Shown here in pieces: positions 38,411 through 52,078 of a DNA stretch of 64,000 nucleotides; position 1 is the stretch's first letter, and every line of letters starts with the position of its first letter. The notes below the pieces were generated by a model. The model was not told where the DNA came from, did not search any database, and saw only the letters and a program-made list of their open reading frames with translations. Source of the stretch: Octopus sinensis. Lineage: Eukaryota. Location: assembly GCF_006345805.1 (NCBI RefSeq), contig NC_043005.1:20770001-20834000 (forward strand). The letters run 5' to 3'. The position numbers and the translations under genes were made by a program.

Positions 38411-39085
38411 AGACATTTTTCGTATGTATATTTTTATATGTATAAGAGTGTGAGTATATGCACTCATATGTATATGTATATGTTGTATTATGGGTATGCA
38501 CCCACACCCATGTGGGTATATATGTAGACTGATTTATATTACATAATCTCCGAAGAGGCCTTATGATATTTTTGTAAATGTCTCATTTATATCTATATAT
38601 TGACCTACCATAAAAAGCTAATATCGGTAAAATGAGACTTACTTATCTACATGGCCGAAACAGCTGTAAGATGTTATCTATACTTATATTATAATTACTT
38701 ATATTTATATTCTCTTTTATATATATTCTACTTATTATATAACATTACTCTTTTATGTACACTTTTTTATGTACATTCCTTTATGTACACTGATTTGTTC
38801 TGCTTTTTATATTTAACCCTACAGTCTCTTATGTGGTGGTTTAATAAAGTATGTGATTGAGTATTATCTGGTAATTGATATTTGATTTAGATGTATTTCT
38901 CCATTTTCTTATCTTGTATTAGTAATTTGTGGTAAATCATTTTACCTTTGCTCATATAATACAGTAAATGAATTGATTGTATCGCAATCATTAACATTTA
39001 TGTATTAACCTTGTTCGGTACTTCACTAGCAGTATATTGGATATATGTTATCTCATGGAGGGTTGCATTTACAACCCCTATCTCA
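38410..39085 (+). mobile_element. AT-rich hammerhead-bearing element, copy 2
   Basis: Contains the 38546 motif; 38960-39085 aligns with the reverse complement of 2880-3005. Confidence 0.5.
38546..38672 (+). ncRNA. Minimal hammerhead motif with long loop II (U4 to C)
   Basis: ATCT-CCGAAGA-GGCC-[92 nt]-GGCC-GAAACAGCTGT-A-AGAT; same family as 3242-3372. Confidence 0.55.
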
Positions 39086-39123
39086 ATGTGTGTGTATATA
39101 TATATATGTATATATATATGTAT

Positions 39124-39152
<29 letters not shown>

Positions 39153-39155
<3 letters not shown>

Positions 39156-40039
39156 CTATATATATAAAACTGTAGTTGTGTGAGTGTCTGTCCCCTTCGA
39201 TTTAGATTCCTAACTACTCCCACATTTTGTGGTGCAGTTTAACCAAATTCGGGTATCTTATAGTCATGATTCATATCGAGCTCGTCTGGCTATTAGCACA
39301 TGTCTACGATGAGTCTACGATTTTAAAATAATTTAACATCATTTTTTATTCCATTTTAATGCATATTTTTTTGTGTGTCGATGGCGCCGGAGTTGGCGTC
39401 CACGCTCACGCCTGCACCTGTGTTGCTTCTCCCCCTTCTTCCCTCCCTCGTGAAGCTGTGGGGAAGGGAGTGTAAGGAAATCAACGTCGTAATGCATTGT
39501 CAAGGAGACCAGCGTTCTTTTAGAACAACGACTTCATGGCTTGAAGTCGCCAAAACAGAAATCGCTAAAAAAGCTGAAACAGATCCACAAAAATGGCAAT
39601 TACCGCCACACAGGGCAGGTTTCCTGTGCAAACAATTTGCACAACCGAATGTTTTAGTTGTTGCACAAATCTTTATATATAAAAGTAAGGTTGTGTGTCT
39701 GTCTCCTACGATTTAGATTCCTAACTACTCCCACATTCTGCGGTGCAGTTTAACAAAAACCCGGTATCTAATAGTCGTGATTCATATCGAGCCCTTCTGG
39801 GTATTAGCGCGCGTCAACGATGAGTCTATGATTCCATTTTAATGCATTTTTCGCTATCATATAAGGGAAGTAACTCTCTAAAAATGTCTACGATGAGTCA
39901 ACGATTTAAAAAAAAATTACCATAATTTTTTATTCCATTTTTAATGCATTTTTTGCTATTTTTTTGCTATAACTCACTAAAAATGCTTATATAGTTATTT
40001 CCCTTACAAACCTGAGCAACGCCGAGCGATACTGCTAGT
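39153..40039 (-). mobile_element. Helitron-like H1 composite unit
   Basis: Reverse complement closely matches 12165-13146, including the internal end ttttatatataaagat. Confidence 0.85.
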
Positions 40040-40074
40040 ATATATATATATGTATAATATATATATATATATGT

Positions 40075-40109
<35 letters not shown>

Positions 40110-40152
40110 TTATATATATATGTATATATATATGTATATATATATGTATATG

Positions 40153-40217
<65 letters not shown>

Positions 40218-40238
40218 ATATATATATATATATATGTG

Positions 40239-40272
<34 letters not shown>

Positions 40273-40274
40273 TG

Positions 40275-40337
<63 letters not shown>

Positions 40338-40372
40338 ATTTCATATATGTATATATATATATATATATATTT
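40040..40372. repeat. Long (TA)n/(TATG) microsatellite
   Basis: Direct inspection; similar tracts at 3795-3885, 21700-21745, 21950-22035, 35370-35420, 44690-44825. Confidence 0.95.
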
Positions 40373-40687
40373 TTATGGATTTCATAGACAAGAACTGAAA
40401 CAAATCAATTGTATATATATATATGTATGTATATATGTAAGTGTATGTGTGTGTCTTTATCGCTGTGTTTCGCCCTCATCACTGCTTCACAACTGCTGTT
40501 CATTTATGTACATCCCCATAACTTACTGGTTTCACAAGAACAAACTAATAGAATAAGTACCAGGCTTATCAATGTAAAAAAAGCACTAGGCTGTGTGTCA
40601 TAATTTTGTTTGCCCACTTAGTTGTATCTATTAATTTATCTTTGTGTGTGTGTGTATGTATCTATATCTATACCTATATATATATAT

Positions 40688-41522
40688 ACTAGCAGAGATA
40701 CCTGGCAATGCCCGTGTTACATACAATTGAAGAATTAGTCTTTTCTGTTATACCAAAAGACAATTGATCACAATATCAAATGATCACTGGGTTTGTAAAA
40801 GAGAGCAAAGCTACAGGAAACCAAAAGATGAATGATCACAATAAGCAGTCAGCTACCCTACCCTAGTCATTACCACTCCCAATGTAGGATTCCTCACCAT
40901 CCAGGTGACAGGCACAGACGTAAGATGCATTATGAAGCTATAGCAATTGGAAGGGCGTGACCGAAATGAAATAAACATTAACAACTGTGTGACGTGAGTG
41001 CTAAGGAGAAATGAAAGTTTCTCCTCTGGAGTTTGCAAATGACCACTATACTGATACGTAACTGGACAGAAGAATATGGTTTCCAGTAGCTTTGCTCCCT
41101 TTTACAAACCCAGTGAACATATATTTCCTATTTGAAAGAAATTCAAACAATATATATAAGACCCAAGTTAAAAAGATTCTCAGCAATTCAACTTCTTTGG
41201 TTGACATTAAGATGCCAACCCCCAACAGGGGCCTTAACTCTCACATTTTAGAGCTCCATGACCTCCATTTTCCAGGAGCAAAATCCTTTGAACAGGTTCA
41301 ATAAGACTGGAATTTTGGAATATGCTCATAAAAATCAGTAGTATGGGATACATGTGGCACAATTACAATTTTGTTTGGGTGTGTAAAGAGGGAAATAACC
41401 CTCATCTGCAATTTTGAGGATATTTGAAACATAGATATTCCAGTTCATTACAGAAAATATAACAGAAAAGTTTAATTCTTCAATTGTAAGTAACACGGGC
41501 AACGCCGGGTATCTCTGCTAGT
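40688..41522. mobile_element. Two H2 Helitron-like 5' ends in inverted orientation
   Basis: ACTAGCAGAGATACC(T/C)GGC..TGCCCGTGTTAC.TACAATTGAAGAATTA reads inward from both ends. Confidence 0.7.
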
Positions 41523-41625
41523 ACTCACATACATACATGCATACATACATATAAATATAAACATATATATGTATATATACACATGCATACATATCTAAAT
41601 ACATACATACATACATACATACATA

Positions 41626-42218
41626 TCATCATCATCATCATCATCATCGTTTAGCGTCTGCTTTCCATGCTAGCATGGGTTGGACGGTTCAGCTGGGGTC
41701 TGGGAAGCCAGAAGGCTGCACCAGGCCCAGTCTGATCTGGCAATGTTTCTACGGCTGGATGCCCTTCCTAACGCCAACCACTCCGTGAGTGTAGTGGGTG
41801 CTTTTTACGTGCCACCGGCACAGGTGCCAGACGAGTCTGACGAATGGCCACGATCGGATGGTGCCTTTTACGTGCCACCAGCACGGGGGCCAGGCAGGGC
41901 TGGCAATGGCCACGAACGGATGGTGCTTTTTACGTGCCACCGGCACTGGTATCACAGCTGCTATATATATTTATTTACCTATCTATATATATTTATTTAT
42001 ATATATGCATATCATCATCACCGTCATCATCGTTTTATATATATATTTATATATACATATAAGTGGCATTAGAAAGGACATCCTGCCGTAGAAACCAAGT
42101 CAAATCAAACAATAGTTTGGTGCAGCTCTCCAATTTGCTAGCTCTGGGCAGACCATCCAACCCATGCCAGCATGGAAAACAGATGTTAAAGGATGGTAAT
42201 GATGACGATGATGATGAT
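41626..42218. mobile_element. Inverted pair of RTE 3' UTR copies (41626-41950 minus, 42058-42218 plus)
   Basis: (CAT)n-cgtttagcgtctgctttccatgctagcatggg and cccatgccagcatggaaaacagatgttaaag-(GAT)n. Confidence 0.8.
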
Positions 42219-42731
42219 AGACATAGATATGTATATATGTATATATATATACACACATACACACACACATATATCTATATATGTATATTAAGAGAAATAG
42301 AGAAATACCATTCACATACTAAAAATTTATGTGCATCATAATATAATATACTATAAAAAGATATAACGTGATATAACAAACAATTAAAAGAAATATAAAT
42401 CCAACAATTTTTTTCGACTCATATCCAGTAGTTTATTTATAAAAATTCACATTTGTAGATACAAGTCTCTCCAGGAAGATATTTGTTCAAAAAACAGACA
42501 AAAATTCCATGCTGGGACTGCAAAATTATAAAGTAGACTGATCAAAAATATGTGTATGTTTTCAAGCATGAGCGATAGTAATTCAAAAATATAATCAGTA
42601 CAATAAAAAACAGCAAATTTCAAATGGACAAAATAATTTAGTAGAAAAAATTTACAAAAGTCATGAAAAGGTGAGATCACAGCTGTGGTCTATACTTCTA
42701 TATATTTCTTATTTTCTTTTTCTTTTTTCAG

Positions 42732-42962
42732 CTGACAAGCCTTTGCAGATTAAAAAAGTTAGCATACAAGAGAAGGATAATATTGGAAGGCTTAGAAATG
42801 TGAACTTAAAGACGTGTAATGAAGCTTGCCATCAGTATCCGGGGTGTAATTCTTATCAGTATAGTGAGAAAGCTAAATTCTGTGATCTGAGCAATGCAAC
42901 TCATTTGACTGGTAACTTTAAACCCAACAATGGAAGTTGGGATGTGCACATAATTAACCCAG
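42732..42962 (+). CDS. Exon B2: PAN/apple domain (type B)
   Basis: ttttcAG at 42730-31, donor G/GTCTGT; 231 nt, phase 1-1. CNEACHQYPGCNSYQYSEKAKFCDLSNAT...WDVHIINP. Confidence 0.9.
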
Positions 42963-43145
42963 GTCTGTAGAGTTTTTTCCATTTAACTTATTGTGTGTGT
43001 CAGTGTATACTTATATGTAATGTGTGTGTATGTAGATATATCATCATCATTTAACATCTGTCTACCATGCTTGAATAGGTAGGAAGATAGACATGAGCTG
43101 GCCAAGTCAAAGACTAGCCCCGATTACTGTGTCAGTTTTGGCAGA

Positions 43146-43184
<39 letters not shown>

Positions 43185-43194
43185 TATATATGTA

Positions 43195-44145
43195 GCAAAT
43201 AAGAAAATGGAGGAGAATAATAGGTGGTTCATCAACTTTTAGACATTAAATTATGTTAACTTATTTATTTACTAGACTGATAATTAGTAATATATAAGGA
43301 TACCAGTAATTATTATAATAAACATGAATATAAATTGGTAAAAACTTACAACTGTTTCAGCCAGTAGATAAAAATACCTCACTCTAAATTTATTACTCAT
43401 GTGAATTGAGGTAATAGGTAGATGAACATGAGGTACTTGTATATATCTCTAGGCTTTGTCAGAGATTATAAAGTACAAATGTTAAGTTATAATAGATATA
43501 AATATAAAATAAACAAAATACACACACATTTGAATATATATAGATAGAGATACAAATATACATACATATATAGATATACATAACTACTTATATATATATA
43601 CTGAAATATACATACACATCTACATCCATAAGCATATATAATATTCAGTTATTACTAATATTATTAATATTAGATGTATTCTGTTATAGATAGTATATAT
43701 AAAATAATATAATATATAAACAGATATTTATGAAAGTTAAAAGGATAGCAATTTTACATTCAGTATATCATTATATAATAGTCATTACAGTTATGTCAAA
43801 ACTATTTTGCATACACATGAGGAATGTATATATGCATATGCACACATACATATACACACAAACATATATATGTGCATATAATTTTGTTTTCCATTTAAAA
43901 GTACTATGTACATACGTATTATATGTTTTTGAATGTGGGATAATTTGCAGACTAATTTATATTTATATATATAGAGAGAAACATAGTAAACTTTCTTCTC
44001 CATTGTTTATTATTATTTCAGTAGTTTAAATCTTGTGGGGAGTGGGGAGGGATTATTTTTAATCATTTACTTAATCTAATTGGTTAACAATTTGTATATA
44101 TATATATAGATAATAATATTAGGGAGTATAACTCCAAACTTAAAT
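43195..44145 (-). mobile_element. AT-rich hammerhead-bearing element, copy 3
   Basis: caaataagaaaatgg...ggttcatcaacttt matches 3050-3100; contains the 43344 motif. Confidence 0.45.
43344..43466 (-). ncRNA. Degenerate minimal hammerhead motif with long loop II
   Basis: On minus: ATCT-CTGACAA-AGCC-...-GGCT-GAAACAGTTGT-A-AG. Shares the flank gtcagagattataaag (plus strand) with the 3360 copy. Confidence 0.45.
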
Positions 44146-44149
44146 ATAT

Positions 44150-44645
44150 ATATATCAGGTATTGAAGCCATCCTCATCATCAAAATACAGGTTAGTCAGG
44201 TCTCTGTCACATATGAGTGATATCAGAATTCTGAAGCAACATCGCTTTGGCCAATTCTCAACAGGAAGGTCAGTTGGGAGGCTACTGTTGTGCTTCAAAG
44301 ACAAACAAAAAGACTATATGAAGCAATGCGACATTCCCTTTTCTCCCTGGGAAAACAAAGCATCAGAAAGCAGGGCCTGGCACCAGTTCTGCTTTTCCTC
44401 AGTTAAAAGATTTGAACAAAGTGAACTCTAACACCAGGACCAGCTTCCTCTAAATGGAAACCTTGCCTGTCAGTGTGGTTTTGTGGAATGAAATAAAGCA
44501 GGCCTTGCCACCCACTCAAGAAAACATAATGAATGAGCACAAGCACTCATGTAAACTAAGTCATCAATCTGTATCATTTGCCAAAAGATTTGCAAGGTAC
44601 CATCTGACCTCAAAAGACACATTCGCATCCCTATAACATGATTAA
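44150..44645 (+). mobile_element. 3' end of RTE (BovB-like) LINE with C2H2-type terminus
   Basis: LSHMSDIRILKQ..FGQFSTGRSVGR.LL.FKDK and KAGLATHSRKH...CIICQKICKVPSDLKRHIR. Confidence 0.7.
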
Positions 44646-44688
44646 CACTTTACTAAAACTTCATTTGTCATTGACAGCACACAAATCT

Positions 44689-44734
<46 letters not shown>

Positions 44735-44760
44735 TAGATAGATAGATATATATGTATATG

Positions 44761-44824
<64 letters not shown>

Positions 44825-45559
44825 CTTTAGTTAGATTGTTTGATAATTTTATAGATTAATACTTGAATGTTTGTGAGTGATTGATTGATTGAGTTAGTGA
44901 GTGTGATATTTATAAAATACAGAAAACTTAATTAATATTTTCCCTGATCAAAACTGAAGTCTTTGTAAGTTGCTCACACACACATGTATACACTCAAATA
45001 TTTACTCATTTGTACACATACAAACATATTTACTCATGCATACATGTAACTACATATAAGTTAATGATATACATGTAACTACATATAAGTTAATGATATA
45101 TTCACAAATATAGCAATTTGTGAATATGTACATGTGCATCTGTGTATAAATATCCAAATTGCCCCCAAGTGAAAGAAATCGTCAACTACTGATGAAGCAT
45201 CTATGTTTAATTATAATTTTGTCTCTCTATGTTTATTCATTGTTGTTTTATGATAGAGTTTGAGCATTCGTAAAAAATAAATATTTAATGCAACAGTTCC
45301 AGTCTGGGATATGTTGTCACATGTCCACTTAACAAAAGTTTTCTGTTTATTTCTTTCCTTATTTTCTGTTGCATGTGTACCCTCAGTCTTTTGCAAAGCA
45401 ATGATCCCATCTGTCTGAGAAAGTTTTGCAAGCATCCACAGCATATTATAGCATAAATTAAATTTGGCGAGTTGCAGTATATTTTCTTTTATCTTGAAAA
45501 CTTGTCTATCCTTAAATTTGAGTTCCAAACCTTCAGTTAAGCATAGACATATGCTATAA

Positions 45560-46690
45560 TTGATACTAGTAATGAAAAGTCTAAATCTGAGTATATCTAA
45601 ATATCACCTTCAGAAGATTTAAAACTCAGACCATTTACTGCAAGCACTGCAATGGAAAGACAAAGCTAAGCGATTTTTAGGACATATTACTATGACCATC
45701 TTTAAAGCAAATACAGTGTTTTATACAAGATGATTTGAATTCATTTAATCACCAAATATAGCGAACCAAAGAACATTTATTGTTTCATTTGATGTTATTA
45801 ATCTGTACACCAATATTTTCCATACTTATGGAATTAATGCAATAAAATATTGGTTAGATGCATCTGAAGCTGCATTTCTAAGCTGTATTGGAAACATGCT
45901 TTATCATTGAAAGTTTAACCGTTTAATATTTAAACCAGCCATATCTGGTCATTATTTTTTTAATGTTCAAACTGGCCAGATGCAGCATCTCACACCTACC
46001 CTACAATGTCATTCTAACAATAAACAATCACATCATTGAAATCTCAAAGCTCTGAGATAATGCACGATTAATTCAAAACATTGTGAATAAATAAGGATTA
46101 TATTTGAGAGAGTAATCTGAATACTAAAGGATTAAGATTCATGCTATAAAATTATTACTATTTATATGATAATTTAATGTACCATCAAATATCTGTGACT
46201 GTCATGGGGACCAGAGTTGCCCCCTGCCTATGCCAACCTAGTAATTAGTTACCATGAGATGAAAATTTAAAAAGAATCTATTCATATATTTAGAAACTCA
46301 TTCTACATGTATCTAAAAGAAAACTGGAAAAGATACCAAGATGACTGTTCAATTCTATGGCAGAAGGATCTGAATAAACTAATGAAATTTAGGATTTTAA
46401 TAAATAATATAAACAGCAATATTAAGTTTACAAAAGAATTCAGTTTCTAGATATTTTAATCATGAATAAATATGGAAAAACAAAAATGGCTATCCTCTAC
46501 AAACCCATGAGTCCCAAACAGTACTTCTTTGCATCTTCATATCCTAAACATACAAAGGCAAGCATACCCTTTAATTTAGCAAAAGGGAGTTGCACAGTTG
46601 TGTCCAACATTACATGATTAAAAAGATAGGAAGAACTAAAACAACAAATACTAATTCAAGCACATTCTACATGGAATAGAAAAGGCAAAA
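45560..46690 (+). mobile_element. Decayed Penelope-like element RT region
   Basis: LRPF, VSFDVINLYTNI, MGTRVAP.YANL, WKRYQDD, ASIPFNLAK. Confidence 0.75.
45915..46135. mobile_element. piggyBac-like MITE inserted in the Penelope RT
   Basis: Flanked by TTAA at 45915-18 and 46132-35; degenerate CC.TTTA/TAAAGG termini; interrupts the PLE frame. Confidence 0.6.
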
Positions 46691-46739
46691 TGATTAGAAC
46701 CCCATCATCTTATGATCATGACCATGGCCATCATTATCG

Positions 46740-48060
46740 TCATCAACATCATCAACGTTGAAGGTCTGTTTTCCATGCTGGCATGGGTTGGATGGTTTGA
46801 CATGAGCTGGCAAGCCCAGTAGCCAATTATGTTCCATTGTCTGTTTTGTCCTGGTTTCTACAGTTGGATGCCCTTCCTTATACCAACCACTTTACAGAGT
46901 GTACCGGGTGCTTTTTATGTGGTACCAGCACCAGTACTTTTTACTTGACTCCAGCACCAATGCTTTTTATGTGGCACCAGCACCACCAATAATACTTTTT
47001 ACATGGCACCTTGGCTTTAGGATCTCAATTCTATTTTGGCATGCTGGTCTTCCTGACTACAGCAATGTGCCATATATCTCTCTCCTCTCATCTTTTTCGT
47101 AATGCTCAACATTTTGAGATTGGCCTCCTATATACTTCATTGTATATCTTTTTGAGTTTCCCTCTTCCACAATTTCCCTCTATTTCAACTGGTCAACAAT
47201 TCTTTACACAACTGTCCTCAACCATTCACATCACATACACAAACAAGTGCTGTCTTCTTTCTTTTACACTGCATATAATTCATCTTATGCCCAGCTTTTC
47301 TCTCAATTCACCACTGCTCTGTCCAACATATACACTGACATCACACACCCAACAGAGCTTACAAGCTTCATTTCTTTCCAGCTTTTGCATGTCCCCTGTA
47401 TTCAGGTCCCATGTCTCACTGCCATATAACTTTGCAGTTCATACACATGCATCATACAATCTTCCCTTCACTTGGAGATAGGGATATTTGGTTGGCAACT
47501 GCAATGAAAGAACTCTGAACTTTCTCCATCCTATGTTCTTGCAATAACATGTTCTGTACAACAACTTCCACAGCTAATTAGGTCAACTAGGTAGCAAAAG
47601 TTATATATAACTCCCAGTGTTCCACTGGGACATTTTACAAGGGTCAGTTTCCTGTGTATCTGTTGTCTTTATGCCTCCTGTACATTTTCCACATACAAAT
47701 TCTACTTTCTCTATTAATCTACCTAGTATTCCACTACACCTCCTATGTGTCCATAGCTTGCACAGGGTGCACTGAATGCAGTTTTTCCAACACCCTTCAT
47801 ACATATCTAAAGGGTGATGGATCTTGTGTGATTTTTTGCATACTAGGACCTTGGTCTTTGGTCTGTAAAGTTTGAGACCCTTTGATTCCAGGTTCTCTTT
47901 CCACGCCTGGAATGTCTTTTCTAATTCTGTTACATATTCTGCCATGAGGGCAAGATCATCAGCATATATTACTTCCCATGGGCTTCCAGTCTTAAATTCC
48001 TCTTTTATGGCTGGAGGACAATGATGGATTGCAGAGGACTGAGAACCATGTCTCGGTGAA
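46740..48060 (-). mobile_element. Old RTE LINE 3' portion
   Basis: 3' UTR motif ttccatgctggcatgggttgg; ORF EEFKTGSPWEVIYADDL...CIQCTLCKLWTHRRC. Confidence 0.75.
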
Positions 48061-48299
48061 CACATATATGTACACTAATTTTGTCACTGTATGCATAGTG
48101 TAAATGTCAAACAATGGGAGTGAGTGCTTAACACCACATTGGTGAATCTGTAGAAGGACCTCATAAAATTGTTTGTCCTGGTCATCAACCAGCCCAGACA
48201 GTATATCATAGACAGATATAAATGTAACTGTTAATTTATCTATGATTATCTCAGCTCAACTTCACTTCTCACAAGTACTGTCTACCACAGTTACCTTGT

Positions 48300-49800
48300 C
48301 TACCTTATATTTCCATAAAAAATATGCCTATACCACACCTAACCACCCTATCACTTCTGCCTACTCTGAACGATTTGAATCACTGTTTCTTACCTTTGCG
48401 GAATCTAGACAAAGATACCCTCTGACTTACTTCTTGCACACCATACATGTCTAAATGCCATTGCACCAGCATTTCAATAATCTCACCACTTCTACCTTTC
48501 ATTGTGTTAACATTGGTGGTGGTAGCCCTGAAATTGTAAACTTGGGAGGTACATTGGGATAACAGTTGTGGAACTTTTTCCAACACTTGATTAAAAGATA
48601 TGCACATATGTATATCACCAAATATTTCTACCATCTTTGGGATTGCAACCAATTTGGTATTGAAAATAGCAACACAGAGTGAGTTGCTACTCTCAGCTTC
48701 TCTGCTGTGGTCAGTTTTGCCACACATATAACATCTGGTGTTCCTTCCCTCCACAAGCATCTGCTCACATTTGTGCAAAACAGAAAACATCTGGGATACT
48801 ATGAACTTTTCCTGAAGCAGTCAAATCTTGAACCTCATTAATGTTCCTGTTCTGTTTTGTTAGGGATTTGTTTCCATACTTATTATCTCCCCATACTCCT
48901 CTAGCATTGCCATTACTTTGACTTGGTCCCTATGAAGAAGTATGTTTGATTCTGACTTTGGTCACATGATGTTCGATGTGCAAGGGAAGCATCATAACTT
49001 CAGAAAAGCTGGTCACTGTAGCTTCCTCTTCATTGCTGTAGATAGCTATCACAAACCCATATTGCCTTCCTATCAGATATACACTATGGAGGGTCACACT
49101 TCAAGACATTTTTTATTTCAGTTTGGGGTGGCTATTCTGGCTTTGTTTCTGTGTGGTTGATGCACTAATGAATTATTGTTCTTGGTGCAAATCATTTCCT
49201 CTGCTGGAGTGGTATGATGCCAGATTGGATAATGAAATTATGATATATTTTATGACTTCCACTTTCTCTTGTTGTAAATGGGTGATCCACTTGTTTGTAA
49301 TACTTGTGAAGGATCTGTTTTCCTTTGAGAGTGTTTTATCGTTACTGTTGTGGTTGCTGATGCTGCCCATGTAAAAACCATTACTGTTGTTTTCCTTGTT
49401 GATAGTGCTTTATCAATCAGTGCCATTGTTGATGCTGTTACAACTGCTGATGATACTACTGTTATTGAGGGAGTTGTTATGGGTCATGCTGGTATGAATG
49501 GTCTTGCTATTTCTAATGGCAGTGATGGTATTATTGTTTGTAGATCTTTTGTTAATGTGAATGGGAGTGGTGACTGTTTTCTTTGGTCAACTACTAGGAC
49601 TGGGGTCATTCTAGAATGAGAATGCTCATACATTTTTTCCTATGACCTCTCCTCTATTTAAACCTGTGCTTTGAAAATATATATCTGGGAAAGTTTTCAG
49701 AATAAGCAGAACCCTTGTTTTGTGATTGAAAGAGTGTGAAACATTTGCAAAAGACACTTGGATGCATTCTGAAAAATAATAACTACAATTTCAGTAGGCA
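48300..49800 (-). mobile_element. Decayed Tx1/L1-like ORF1 fragment
   Basis: VEGRNTRCYMCGKTDH parallels VEGRKPRCYKCGEKGH of the 17512 ORF1. Confidence 0.5.
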
Positions 49801-49916
49801 AAAGCATCAAAAGGAAAGCAAATTTAGAGAAAACTCACCAGTGATGTTTCAAGCATGGATTCTATGTATGATGTAAATAATAATAAAAAAAGAATGATAA
49901 TAATAATAATAATAAT

Positions 49917-50385
49917 ATAAAAGATGGGCTACAGCAAATATTCTGCTCAATACCACAGATTTGCTTGTCAGTTGTTTGACCTTAACCAGTTGAGCATGTC
50001 CCTTAGTGGCTGACGATATGTGCATCTCTGATCACGAGCAGAATTAGTGGGGGAGCATCATAGCCGTGTGTTGAAAGGAATTCTTGGAGGTTTGGATAAG
50101 TCACCTCTGGAAACATGGGTGGTTCGTTCAACTTCCTTAAGCAATCCTTATTCAGGGACCTTTTGAGTGGGATGGGCTACTCGAACAGAAGAAAATTCTA
50201 ACTGGGCCCCACCTGCAAGGTCATGCGCCGTTTATCTTGATATGAAATCACCATGTCGCGCACATATGGTTGTGATGTATGTGCCTGGTGTATCCTTATC
50301 AGACGGGTAGTCATGATGGGTATACTGGGCTTCGTATATTTTACCCCAGTGTCACTTTGATGGCATGCTCTGCTCTCTCACTCAA
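49917..50385. repeat. Unclassified ~470-bp element bounded by (AAT)n on both sides
   Basis: More GC-rich, CpG-containing block between two AAT tracts; single copy in the window. Confidence 0.4.
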
Positions 50386-50559
50386 TAATAATAATAATAA
50401 TACAAATGTAAAGACAGACCACTTACAAAAATCAGCATTGCTTAGAACTGCAAGATTTCTTCGTAAGGTTCTTGAAGCCTGACCAGTTGGAAATATTGTG
50501 AGTGCTGGTTAATCTGAAGTGACTGCAACACTTGTTCTTAATTACAACATAGTCCAGCA

Positions 50560-50960
50560 TGTGCCAGTGACCAGATTGGGGATTATTCCAGGTTTTTTTT
50601 TGTATTTATCTGCATATTGAAACACTGTATTTGTGATTGTTAGACCTAACTGTTGAAAAAAGGACAGTAGTCATTAACCGCTTTCATTCATCATTCCTGT
50701 TTTCCTATTACTCTTGATCGCACTGTATGTTTGTTGCCTATTCTGGCATTAAAATCACCCATCAATATGATTTGTTATGCTATGGAATTTTACTGACAGC
50801 TGTCTACAGTTTGGTGTAGAAGATGTCTTCCTCTTTACATTGATAATAGGCATAGATGAGGATTTACTTATTGGGATATGAAATGTCATGAGTCACTCAT
50901 CAACAGATTGAGAGATGGATGGCAATTTGCAAAGCAGAGTTGATTTAATAACTTTGTTTT
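50560..50960 (-). mobile_element. APE endonuclease fragment of a LINE
   Basis: Minus strand gives ILMGDFNARIG near 50730-50770. Confidence 0.5.
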
Positions 50961-52076
50961 AACTGATAAGGGCTTCTGACACCCATCACACTCTATCGTC
51001 CAAATAGACTAGACTCTGATGCATATTGATTCCACTGCAGATGCTGATTGCCTGCATGTGAAGAGAGCAAATGAAGGAAGAGGACTGATATGTGTGGAAG
51101 ACTGCATGCATATCGAATTTGAGAGCTTAATGAGATACCTAGCCCAAAGTAAGGAAACCTTGCTAGTGACAGTTAGGAATGACAGAGTATTGAAAGCAGA
51201 AAGAAAAAGGAAAAACAAAAGAGGTGCAAAAAGGATCTGAAGAAGAATTATGCAAGAAGGAACTATATAATCAATTCCATATAACTACAACAGAAGTAGT
51301 TGGAAAAAAGGTGGAATTGGCTGATGAAAGGAACACTAAAAAAGAGACCAAGAGCACTATGCTGGCAGTGCAAGACCAAGCTTTGACCATGAACTGGTGG
51401 GTCAAAGTTAAGAATGAGCAAGCATCTCTGCTGTATCTGCAGTAGAGTGGATGATACCATTGCCCATATCATGAGTGAATGCCTTACACTTGCCCAAAAC
51501 CACTACAATTTGTGGCAACATGATCAGGTAGTGAAAGTGCTACATTGGAAACTGTGCAAAAGGTGGGGGTCTAGATAGAGGTAAGGCATGAACTGCAGAG
51601 AGTGGCAGAGTCAGAGTCTAGCAATATACTCTGGGATTTAATAATCGAAACAGATCAGGCGCTAGAGCATAACAGACCAGATGTAGTGGTGGTGCACAAG
51701 ATGCACCACATATGGTATATAGTTGATATTGCATGCCCCTTTGACCCATGAATAGTCAAGAAGGAAGATTAAAAAATAAATAGATAGATAGAACCCTCTT
51801 AAGTATGAAATAGACTGTCTATGGAAAATGAAGGTGAAGTTTGTGCTAATTATTGTTGGGTCCTTGGGAACAATATTAGAAGGCATCAAGGAGAATATAA
51901 AGGAAATTGGAGTAGAGTGCCTAGTAGAATTAATACAAAAGGTCTGCCTCCTTGGCATAGCCAGAATAATAAATAGCCAAAAAGAACAGATAGCATGGTT
52001 CTGTAGGCTGCAGGTAGCAAGCCCTTTATGCATGCAAGACTCCAGGAGCTCCATCAAAACCTGTGATAAAGAGAAA
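50960..52076 (+). mobile_element. R4/Dong-like RLE LINE, 5'-truncated
   Basis: ADCLHVKRANEGRGL, AVQDQAL, TIAHIMSEC, HDQV..VLHWKLC, HNRPDVVV, IVDIACP, IIVGSLG; a short 3' tip of a related element at 50400-50485. Confidence 0.8.
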
Positions 52077-52078
52077 TA

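Noticed and set aside
39967-40603. Long YI/IY-rich ORFs (also 3716-3955, 21338-21784, 35154-35468, 63762-63998)
   Set aside because: Artefacts of (TA)n, (CA)n and (TATG)n microsatellites lacking stop codons.
45180-45275. CTGATGAAGCATC as a hammerhead start
   Set aside because: No complementary stem II arm or GAAA core found downstream.
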